From NCBI GenBank assembly GCA_039028615.1, contig JBCCHT010000001.1, positions 123,890 to 155,889 on the forward strand: DNA of 32,000 nucleotides. The letters are read 5' to 3'. Below are positions 25,347-32,000 of the stretch, piece by piece (positions within the stretch are counted from its first letter, which is position 1; the number at the start of each line of letters is the position of its first letter). The position numbers and the translations under genes were made by a program. This DNA comes from Myxococcota bacterium (GTDB taxonomy: Bacteria; Myxococcota_A; Polyangia; Nannocystales; Nannocystaceae). The notes beneath the pieces were generated by a model. It worked only from the letters and a program-made list of their open reading frames with translations. It did no database searches and was not told the origin of the DNA.

Positions 25347-25408
25347 AGCGGAGCAAAAAGCCGACCCAAGGGTGAATCCCGGATCGGGGCGTCGGGAACC
25401 ACCGAGAT

Positions 25409-28400
25409 ATGCACCCCTCGCCCCCCGACTCGTCTTCCCACGGCCCGATCGGAGCCGGTCTGCACGTGACGTATGCTGTTCCGGCGTCGATGTCCGCCGA
25501 AACCGACCCGACCGTGGCTGCCAAGGACTTCGTGGTCCCTCGGTTGCTCGATGATGCGGACGGAAAACTGCGTAAGCACGCGATCAAGGCCGCGCTCATC
25601 GGCGACGACGGCCCGAGCCAGCAGATCGGCCGCTACCAGGTGCAGCGGCGCCTGGGCCAGGGCGGCATGGCCGTCGTCTATGCCGCCCGCGACGAGACGC
25701 TCGAGCGCACGGTCGCGCTCAAGCTCCTGACCCGTGGCACCGATCTGGACGAGTCGACCGAGCGACGACGACTGCTGCGAGAGGCCACCGCGCTGGCGCG
25801 GCTGCAGCATCGCGCGGTCGCGACCGTGCACGAGGTCGATGTCCACGATGGGCACACCTACCTCGCCATGGAGTACGTGGACGGGCAGACCCTGGGTCAG
25901 TGGCTCGAAGAGCGCCCCCGCCCGTGGCGAGAGGTCGTGGGCGCATTCATCGAGGCCGGCGAGGGCCTGGCGGCGGCCCACGCCTCCGACATCATTCATC
26001 GCGACTTCAAGCCCGCGAACGTCATGGTGGCGAAGGACGGGCGCATCGTGGTGCTCGACTTCGGGCTCGCTCGCTCCGCCCGGGTCGACGCGGTGGAGGA
26101 CCCCGAGGCGCTCGAGGCCCTCATCGCCCCCGCCCAGGACTCGTCGGAGCTGTCGTTCGACCTCACCATGACCGGGACCCTGCTCGGCACGCCCGGCTAC
26201 ATGTCGCCCGAGCAGTTCCTGGGGGTCGAGACCACCGCCGCGAGCGACCAGTTCAGCTTCTGCGTGGCGCTGTTCGAGGCCTTGCACGGCGAGCGCCCCT
26301 TCCCCGCCCGGTCGATCGCCGAGCTGGCCCGCGCGGTGACCTTGGACCCCCGCCCTTCGCTGCGCAGCGGGGTCCCGCGACGGCTGCGACGAGCCGTACG
26401 GCGTGGCCTGGCTGCCTCGCCCGAAGAGCGCTGGCCCTCGATGCCCGCGCTGCTCGACGAGCTACGCCGCGTGATTCGACCCCGACGACCGCTGGTGATG
26501 GTCGCGGGCGGAGCCTTGGTCGCCGCCGCGAGCCTGGGTGCCGCGGCGTGGTACGCCGACCATGTCGACGCGCAGGCCGAGGAGCAGTTCGCTGCCCAAG
26601 ACCGTGAGGTTCGAGACGCCACGCGCATGCAGGCCGTCTCGTCGCTCGCGGATTCCGACCCCACCGCGGCCTTGGCCTTGGTGCGCGAGGTCGAAGATCC
26701 CGCGGGCACCAAGCAGTGGTCCGAGACCGCGCTGGGGCTGCTGCAGCGCCCGTACTGCCAGGTCGTGCGTCGAGACCACGGCGAGGCCTGGCCCTGGACG
26801 ACGAGCGTATCCCCGAGCGGTACCCATGTCCTCACCGGGTCCAGAGACGGCAGCGTGCACCTGTCGCGCATGGACGGTCACGGCAAGGCCTGGGCCGCCC
26901 ACGACGTCGACGCGGTGGCGGCGGCTTTTTCTCCCGACGGGCGCATGATTGCCAGCGCGGGCACGGCCGTGCGGGCGTGGACCTTCGACGGGTCCCCCGA
27001 TCCCGCCGAGGCAGTCACGTTCCGCTCGCTGTCCGCCCTGATGACCAGCGGCTCGACGCCGGGCATCGCCGTCTCCAACGACGGACTCATCGTCAACGGC
27101 TCCAACGACGGCACCGTCTATCTGTGGCGGGTCCCCGACTCCGATCGAGAGCCGGGACCGCCCCAGATCCTCGCCGCCCACGACAAGGCCGCCTGGAGCG
27201 TGAGCCTCAGCCCCGACCGACGGACCCTGGCCACCGCCTCGATCGACGGTACCGCCAAGATCTGGTCGCTCGACTCGGCCGAGCCCACCGAGCTGGCCAC
27301 GCTCCGCCACGACGGGCCGATCTGGACGATCCGCTTCAGCCCCGACGGTGAGCAGCTGCTCACCGCAACCAGCGATCACCACGCCACGCTGTGGTCGGCG
27401 AGCACGGGCGAGCCGCTCGCCGAGTGGAGCCACGACGGACCTCTGCTCAACGCCGATTTCTCCCCCGACGGCCGACGCGTGGCCACGGGCGGCGAGCAAG
27501 GCACCGTGCAGCTGTGGTCGACCGAGCGCCCGGACGAGCCCGCCGTGGTGCTGCGCGGGCACGCGGCCAACGTCAACGACGTCGAGTTCTCGCCCGACGG
27601 TGGGCGACTGCTCAGCACCTCGCAGGACGCCACCGCGCGGGTCTGGGCCGTGCCCGACCGCGGCGCTTCGGTGGACGCCCCCGTCGTGTTCCAGATCGGT
27701 GAGCCCGTGTTCTTCGGTCGCTTCTCCCCCGATGGCGAACGCATCGTGCTCTCGTCGGAAAACAGCGTGACCCGGGTCTGCCACGTGCAGCGGCCCGCGT
27801 CTCGCACCACCGTCGAGCTTCCCAACACCCTGCGGTCGATGGCGGCGAGCGCCGACGGCTCGATGCTCGTGGGCACCACCTCGCGTGGCCTCGTGCAGCT
27901 GTCCGGCTCGAACATCTCGACCATCGATGCCGAGACGCCGTGGGAGCACCACACCATCGACCTGACCCCTGATGGCACCTGGGCCGCCGCGCGGGAGCCT
28001 TCCGGCCCCATCCGCGTGTGGCAAACGCGGGGCACCCGGGTGCACCGGGCCCCGACCGAGCTCGAGCGCGTGCGAGCCATCGCCCTGGCGCCCGACGCCA
28101 CGCTGCTGGCCGCGGCCGACGACCGGGGCGAGCTCCAGGTCTGGTCCATCAGTGCTTCGGGCCTCGAGCCACGAGCGCGACTGTCGGGGCGCGGGGCCAG
28201 CATCGAGACGCTGACCTTCACCAAGCGGGGCGCGCTGGTGGCCGGCGACCGCGAAGGGCGACTGCTGCACTGGTCCGACCTGGACGACGACCCGGCGCTG
28301 CTCGACACGGGGCGCGACGCGCTGCTGTTGGTCGTCGCCGATCTCGTCCGCAACCGGGTCGCCGCCCTCGACGAAGCGGGCACGACTCGCGTCTGGGAGG

Positions 28401-28822
28401 TCACCGACGACGGCCGCTTCACCGCCACCGCCAATCTGAAGGCCGACCCGGCCCGGCCCCGGACCCTCGCCTTCGTCGACGGCGGTGAAGCCCTGCTGGG
28501 CGCGGCCGCCGATGGCCGAGTCCTGCGATGGCGCGACCACAGCCCCGAAGCATGGCAGCCCGTGGCCTCGCTCCCCGCCGGCGGCGACCTCGGCTCGATG
28601 GTCATCGTCGCGAACGGCCAGCGCGTCGTGGGAGGCGGGGTCGCCAATCGCCTCGTGCATCGCTGGGAGACGGCGGACTTCGAGACCGACCCACAGACGC
28701 TCCAGCGGCGGCTGTGGGCCGCGACCACCGAATGCCTGTCCGTGGCTCACCGCCGCGAGCTGCTGGGCCAAGACGAAGACACGGCCCAGGCCGCGCTCGA
28801 GGCGTGTCGCGCCGAGTACTAG
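25409..28822 (+). CDS. membrane Ser/Thr protein kinase with ~14 WD40 repeats
   Basis: Kinase motifs: LGQGGMAVVY, VALKLL, HRDFKPANVMV, DFGLA, GTPGYMSPE. TM helix LVMVAGGALVAAASLGAAAWY. Repeated FSPDG...(S/T)xDxTxxxW units (for example FSPDGRRVATGGEQGTVQLW and FSPDGGRLLSTSQDATARVW). ATG 25490 is an alternative start. Confidence 0.95.
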   Translation: MHPSPPDSSSHGPIGAGLHVTYAVPASMSAETDPTVAAKDFVVPRLLDDADGKLRKHAIKAALIGDDGPSQQIGRYQVQRRLGQGGMAVVYAARDETLERTVALKLLTRGTDLDESTERRRLLREATALARLQHRAVATVHEVDVHDGHTYLAMEYVDGQTLGQWLEERPRPWREVVGAFIEAGEGLAAAHASDIIHRDFKPANVMVAKDGRIVVLDFGLARSARVDAVEDPEALEALIAPAQDSSELSFDLTMTGTLLGTPGYMSPEQFLGVETTAASDQFSFCVALFEALHGERPFPARSIAELARAVTLDPRPSLRSGVPRRLRRAVRRGLAASPEERWPSMPALLDELRRVIRPRRPLVMVAGGALVAAASLGAAAWYADHVDAQAEEQFAAQDREVRDATRMQAVSSLADSDPTAALALVREVEDPAGTKQWSETALGLLQRPYCQVVRRDHGEAWPWTTSVSPSGTHVLTGSRDGSVHLSRMDGHGKAWAAHDVDAVAAAFSPDGRMIASAGTAVRAWTFDGSPDPAEAVTFRSLSALMTSGSTPGIAVSNDGLIVNGSNDGTVYLWRVPDSDREPGPPQILAAHDKAAWSVSLSPDRRTLATASIDGTAKIWSLDSAEPTELATLRHDGPIWTIRFSPDGEQLLTATSDHHATLWSASTGEPLAEWSHDGPLLNADFSPDGRRVATGGEQGTVQLWSTERPDEPAVVLRGHAANVNDVEFSPDGGRLLSTSQDATARVWAVPDRGASVDAPVVFQIGEPVFFGRFSPDGERIVLSSENSVTRVCHVQRPASRTTVELPNTLRSMAASADGSMLVGTTSRGLVQLSGSNISTIDAETPWEHHTIDLTPDGTWAAAREPSGPIRVWQTRGTRVHRAPTELERVRAIALAPDATLLAAADDRGELQVWSISASGLEPRARLSGRGASIETLTFTKRGALVAGDREGRLLHWSDLDDDPALLDTGRDALLLVVADLVRNRVAALDEAGTTRVWEVTDDGRFTATANLKADPARPRTLAFVDGGEALLGAAADGRVLRWRDHSPEAWQPVASLPAGGDLGSMVIVANGQRVVGGGVANRLVHRWETADFETDPQTLQRRLWAATTECLSVAHRRELLGQDEDTAQAALEACRAEY

Positions 28823-28851
28823 GCCGAGGCGCACCACCACCGCACAAAAAA

Positions 28852-28876
28852 AGACGGCCCTTCAAAAGGGCCGTCT
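28852..28876 (-). terminator. intrinsic terminator (hairpin plus T-tract on the minus strand) following the tRNA 3' end
   Basis: AGACGGCCCTT (28852-28862) pairs perfectly with AAGGGCCGTCT (28866-28876). On the minus strand the hairpin is followed by a run of 7 T (A-run 28846-28852). It may also stop the plus-strand kinase transcript, which ends at 28822. Confidence 0.7.
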
Positions 28877-28880
28877 CGGG

Positions 28881-28925
28881 TGGAGGATGACGGGATCGAA
28901 CCGACGACATTCGGCTTGCAAAGCC
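28881..28925 (-). pseudogene. truncated tRNA-Ala(UGC) gene, 3' portion only (anticodon loop to discriminator); putative att site
   Basis: The minus strand reads GGC-TTTGCAA-GCCGA-ATGTC-GTCGG-TTCGATC-CCGTC-ATCCTCC-A. That gives anticodon loop UUUGCAA (UGC), a canonical T-loop, an acceptor 3' strand with U at position 70 (G3:U70 Ala identity) and discriminator A73. No D-arm or 5' acceptor strand (GGGGGAT or similar) exists upstream, and tRNA similarity stops around tRNA position 28-29. Confidence 0.55.
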
Positions 28926-29053
28926 TTGGGCGGCCACTTTGCGGGCCTTTGTATTGCCTTGTTGATTCTTGCGAAATCATGGAGCTAATGACCTCTAGAG
29001 GGCCAACGACGCCACGCGGCATCGCTCCCACGTTTGCGGCATTTTGCGTGCGG

Positions 29054-29074
29054 CTGTGCCCACCCTGTGCCCAC
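29054..29074 (+). repeat. direct repeat CTGTGCCCAC x2 with 11-bp phasing, 30 nt upstream of the integrase start
   Basis: CTGTGCCCAC occurs at 29054-29063 and again at 29065-29074, a perfect match with a 1-nt spacer. Read directly from the sequence. Confidence 0.6.
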
Positions 29075-29103
29075 GGCTGGCCCGCAGTAGCTAGGCTGAG
29101 AAG

Positions 29104-30462
29104 GTGGGGCTAAGCAACCGAAGCATCCAATCGGCGACTCGCAGCGGGCGACGTGTCGAACTTCAGGACGATGCCGTGCCGGGGCTGCATGTGGTCGTGA
29201 CGAAGGCGGGCTCGGCCTCGTTCGCCGTCCGTTACCGCATCCCAGGCGTGGGCCAGCGCCGCCTTCGGATCGGACGATACGGAATCCTGACCGTTGACCA
29301 GGCCCGCAAACTGGCTCGCAGCAAGCTCGCCGAGGTGGCGGCAGGGAAAGACCCGGCCAGGCCCGCCCCCACACCTCAAGTTCAGCCCCTCACCCAAGCG
29401 ACGAGCGGCTACCTCGAGCAGGCCGAGCATCGCCTTCGACCCAAAACGATGCAGACCTATCGGTCTGCCCTGGGGCGCATGCTCACCTGGGCAAGCCGCA
29501 GCGGCATCCGGAGCACCGCCGATCTAGACCGACCACAGCTAGCGGCGCTACGCGCCTGGCTCATCGCCTTACCCAAGCAGCGGGCCAAGACCGGAGGCAA
29601 ACGAGGGCAACAGGCCGCCACCCGCTCCCGCCGGAGCCCCGTGGCCGTCAACCGAGAGCTGCGGGCCATCAAGACCTTCCTCCACGAACTTCGGCGATCA
29701 GACCGACTGCCTCACCTGGATCGCGATGCGGTGGCCGACACCCTGCGAGCGCTTCCGGTGCCGCGCGAGCAGCCCTTCTTCCTCAGCCCGCCGCAGATCA
29801 AGAAGCTCCTCAAGGCTTGCCTGGCACATGACCAAGCGACCTTCGTGCTCACGCGGCGTGAGCGAGAGGGACTCGATCCAAAGGGCAGCACCCTGCGCCA
29901 CCGACCCATCGCCCCCTTCGCAGCCCTTCTGCTGCTGTCGGGCATGCGCCGTGGTGAAGCCTTGGCGCTGCGCTGGCGAGATGTAGATCTGGACGCCACG
30001 GACGTCAGCGGCCACCCCGTCGGTGAGATCCGCTTGCGCGCTGCGGCGACCAAGACCCACCAAGCCCGCACCGTAGGGCTTGAGGTCTCCCCTCGCCTGC
30101 GCTTGCTCCTTCAGGTGATGCAGCGCTGCGCGCAAGGGAGCACTGTCTTCGAGGGGTACAGCGCTCAGTCGGTGAGCAGCGCTCGTGCACGCCTGGTTCG
30201 AGATTTCGGGGCACCGCACTTCGATTGGCAGGGTCTGCGCTCCACCTGTGGCACCTACCTGACCAACGCCCCGTCCATCTTCGGGGCCGCCGCCCCCTTC
30301 ATGAGCGCCCGCCAACTGGGTCACTCGGTGGTCGTGGCCGAAAAACACTACGCCGGGCTTCTGCGGGGCATCTCCCCGAAGGCCCGCAGCCTCGATGCAG
30401 CTATGGGGATCGAGGACCTGCTCGAGGCCCTGGTTCAGGCCACGCGAAACGACGAGCGTTGA
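29104..30462 (+). CDS. tyrosine recombinase / phage-type integrase (P4-like, N-terminal arm-binding domain)
   Basis: The N-terminus resembles the P4-integrase arm-binding domain (VELQDDAVPGLHVVVTKAGSASFAVRYRIPGVGQRRLRIGRYGILTVDQARKLA). Catalytic region: LLLSGMRRGEALALRWRDVDL (Arg), GLRSTCGTYL (Arg), QLGHSVVVAEKHYAG (His...Tyr). GTG start at 29104. Confidence 0.9.
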   Translation: MGLSNRSIQSATRSGRRVELQDDAVPGLHVVVTKAGSASFAVRYRIPGVGQRRLRIGRYGILTVDQARKLARSKLAEVAAGKDPARPAPTPQVQPLTQATSGYLEQAEHRLRPKTMQTYRSALGRMLTWASRSGIRSTADLDRPQLAALRAWLIALPKQRAKTGGKRGQQAATRSRRSPVAVNRELRAIKTFLHELRRSDRLPHLDRDAVADTLRALPVPREQPFFLSPPQIKKLLKACLAHDQATFVLTRREREGLDPKGSTLRHRPIAPFAALLLLSGMRRGEALALRWRDVDLDATDVSGHPVGEIRLRAAATKTHQARTVGLEVSPRLRLLLQVMQRCAQGSTVFEGYSAQSVSSARARLVRDFGAPHFDWQGLRSTCGTYLTNAPSIFGAAAPFMSARQLGHSVVVAEKHYAGLLRGISPKARSLDAAMGIEDLLEALVQATRNDER

Positions 30463-30494
30463 CCGTCGGCGCTCCCGCGAAGCGGAAAGAAGGA

Positions 30495-30800
30495 CTACGC
30501 CGCCGTGTTGGTCCGCAGCCGGGCGTCTCGCCAGGCGCGAAGATCCGCCGCTCGATAGAACACCCGCCGCCCCAGCTTCAAGTACGGCGGACCGCCGCCT
30601 CGAGATCGGAGCGTGTTGAGCGTGGCCGGAGCGAGCCCCACGATGAAGCTCGCCCCGTGGACGTCGACCACTTCGGGCAGCAGTGCGAAGCCGCGCGTAA
30701 CTGCCTGCGGCGCAGCTTTTGATGTCGAAGGCACCGCAAGGCTCGTCGGTGTTTCGGGGAGGTGGGTGGCAGGACGCAGGCGGGCCGTCTTGTCGTTCAT
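30495..30800 (-). CDS. excisionase/AlpA-family helix-turn-helix DNA-binding protein
   Basis: ATG 30800. The C-terminal FIVGLAPATLNTLRSRGGGPPYLKLGRRVFYRAADLRAWRDA matches the Xis/AlpA (MerR-superfamily HTH) pattern. It is convergent with the integrase. Confidence 0.7.
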   Translation of the reverse strand: MNDKTARLRPATHLPETPTSLAVPSTSKAAPQAVTRGFALLPEVVDVHGASFIVGLAPATLNTLRSRGGGPPYLKLGRRVFYRAADLRAWRDARLRTNTAA

Positions 30801-30984
30801 CAAAGTTGTCCTTGTTGGCGACTGGGTCTGCCGCGTTTTCCGTCGCTGGCTACAGGCTGGCCTAGATGCAAAGAAGGCGCTGGAGTGGATGCTCCAAGCG
30901 CCTCGCACCAGGTGGTGCGGCTCATGACCATGCGAAGTTAGGTTCCTTGATGATTCCCTCCGGTGGAAGCATCACAAGCAAGTC

Positions 30985-31326
30985 CTAGCTCGCCTTGGCC
31001 TGGGTCTGGCCCCCCGTTCGTGGAAGAAGCGGGATCTGGGCACCGACCGGGCACCGTTTGGAGCGCACTTGGGTGGCTTTGCCATCCTCCTGCGGAATCC
31101 CGTACAGGTAACCGTCCTCGCGAGTGAGCCCGCGGACCTCTTTGATGGGGACCGCCAGTTGCTGCGAGACCTGGGCAATCGCCGCCTCGGGGGAGACGGT
31201 ACAAAGTCCCAGGAAGCGGAAGGGGGGTTTCTCCGCCCGTCCGATTCGTGCCTCGACCACGGTCAGCACCAGCCCCGTAGGGGGCAAGGCTTGCCGCATT
31301 GAGGTGTTTTTGTTGGCTTGATTCAT
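30985..31326 (-). CDS. hypothetical protein (element ORFan)
   Basis: 113 aa ORF with balanced composition, the best of three overlapping candidates in this stretch. No motif recognised. Confidence 0.4.
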   Translation of the reverse strand: MNQANKNTSMRQALPPTGLVLTVVEARIGRAEKPPFRFLGLCTVSPEAAIAQVSQQLAVPIKEVRGLTREDGYLYGIPQEDGKATQVRSKRCPVGAQIPLLPRTGGQTQAKAS

Positions 31327-31344
31327 GACATAGGGGGTTAGGAT

Positions 31345-31662
31345 CTAAGGGTTGTGGTCCTTCTCCGGAGTGCGGACCACTCGATCATCGTGGCGCGCAA
31401 CGTTGAGGGTGCAAGTGTCCCTTTTCTGCCTGGGCGTTTGGGTGGGGGCCACCTGGTCGATCGGTATCTTCGCCTTGCAACCCGCCTGCTGCCTGGTGGT
31501 GTCAAACCAATATCGACGCGCCGCCCCCTTGCAGGGCACGTGGAGACAAACGGAGCGATGAAGTGCACGTTCGGCTCCTGGCCGGCAGCGTTTGGCGGCC
31601 GCGCTTGCGACCTCCCCCTTCTCGATGAAGACCCCCATGACCCACCGCCAGAGCCCCACCAA
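31345..31662 (-). CDS. hypothetical Cys-containing small protein (element ORFan), start uncertain
   Basis: Its composition is more protein-like than the same-phase plus-strand ORF 31354-31785, and the GC skew across codon positions slightly favours the minus strand. It overlaps the start of the next plus-strand gene, so a later start is likely. Confidence 0.25.
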   Translation of the reverse strand: MVGLWRWVMGVFIEKGEVASAAAKRCRPGAERALHRSVCLHVPCKGAARRYWFDTTRQQAGCKAKIPIDQVAPTQTPRQKRDTCTLNVARHDDRVVRTPEKDHNP

Positions 31663-32000
31663 GAGCGAGGCATCGCTCTCGGCAGGCGAGGTGCTGGGAG
31701 CGGCCCTGGTTCTCGCCCTCGTGGGATGGGGGGTGACCCGGGCGGCAACGTGGATGAGCGGCCAAGCGCTGCCTCTATGGGCTAGCTTGAAGTTGGCGGC
31801 CGCATACGCGGGCTTGGGGCTGCTCGGTTTGCTGCTGGCGGCCTTTTTCCTCGATGGCCTGCGGCTGGGTTGGCTGCATCTGCTTCGGGGCGCCCGGATT
31901 CGGCGCGCCTGGAGTCGTTGCCCGGTCCCCAGCCACCAGAGCCTTCGCCCGGGTCAGACCTTGTCGGTCATCGAGCATTGGGCGGCGGAGACCTTCATCG
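31625..32000 (+). CDS. hypothetical membrane protein, 3'-truncated by the window edge
   Basis: This frame is not in the supplied track because it has no stop. It is open from 31562 to 32000, with ATG at 31625 and 31637. Third codon positions are G/C-rich. Two clear TM helices: VLGAALVLALVGWGV and LAAAYAGLGLLGLLLAAFFL. Confidence 0.5.
   Translation, partial: MKTPMTHRQSPTKSEASLSAGEVLGAALVLALVGWGVTRAATWMSGQALPLWASLKLAAAYAGLGLLGLLLAAFFLDGLRLGWLHLLRGARIRRAWSRCPVPSHQSLRPGQTLSVIEHWAAETFI

Larger units (their letters stand above)
28881..32000. mobile_element. integrated element (genomic island, prophage or ICE end), only the left part in the window
   Basis: It begins at the truncated tRNA-Ala. It carries a P4-type integrase and an excisionase-like HTH gene. 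GC is visibly lower and coding is looser than in the preceding 28.8 kb. The right end lies beyond the window. Confidence 0.6.

Noticed and set aside
26462-28840. 792 aa minus-strand ORF and 450 aa ORF (27376-28728) opposite the WD40 kinase
   Set aside because: They are shadow ORFs. The plus frame has kinase motifs and regular WD40 repeats, and these have none.
28911-28927. Plus-strand reading of GGC-TTGCAAA-GCC as a tRNA-Cys (GCA) anticodon arm
   Set aside because: The T-loop (GGTTCGATC) and acceptor strand exist only on the minus strand, where the same near-palindromic loop reads UGC. The G3:U70/A73 features fit Ala, not Cys.
1-32000. Search for CRISPR arrays, rRNA genes, intact tRNAs and IS elements with inverted repeats
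   Set aside because: No regularly spaced direct repeats, no rRNA-like conserved blocks, no complete cloverleaf and no transposase-like ORF were found. The only mobile signature is the integrase region at the right end.

Overview
Very GC-rich (about 70%) bacterial chromosomal segment whose gene content looks like Myxococcota (an inference from content, not a search). Coding density is high and nearly all long alternative-frame ORFs are Arg/Ala/Gly/Pro-rich shadows of the real genes. About 22 credible genes are called. Bases 1-28,850 are dominated by extracytoplasmic sensing and signalling: three ECF sigma factors, three membrane Ser/Thr kinases with large sensor domains (FG-GAP, TPR, WD40), a CHAT/TPR lipoprotein, a secreted S8 peptidase, a PrsW-type membrane protease and a macro-domain protein. 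Housekeeping-type enzymes are interspersed: a class I amidotransferase/peptidase C26, an SDR, an FAD oxidoreductase, a HAD phosphatase and a c-type cytochrome. The three most interesting units are: (i) a translationally coupled ECF sigma, single-pass membrane protein and periplasmic CHAT-protease lipoprotein operon that abuts an S8 protease; (ii) two paralogous ECF sigmas with no anti-sigma, each paired with a kinase carrying a double beta-propeller, and sharing a conserved C-terminal tail, one co-oriented with a macro-domain gene; (iii) from about 28,880 to the window end, a lower-GC integrated element. The element starts at a truncated tRNA-Ala(UGC) 3' half that keeps its own intrinsic terminator, and it carries a P4-type integrase, an excisionase-like HTH gene and ORFans. 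No CRISPR array, rRNA or intact tRNA was seen. All family calls rest on motifs read by eye, and no database search was possible.
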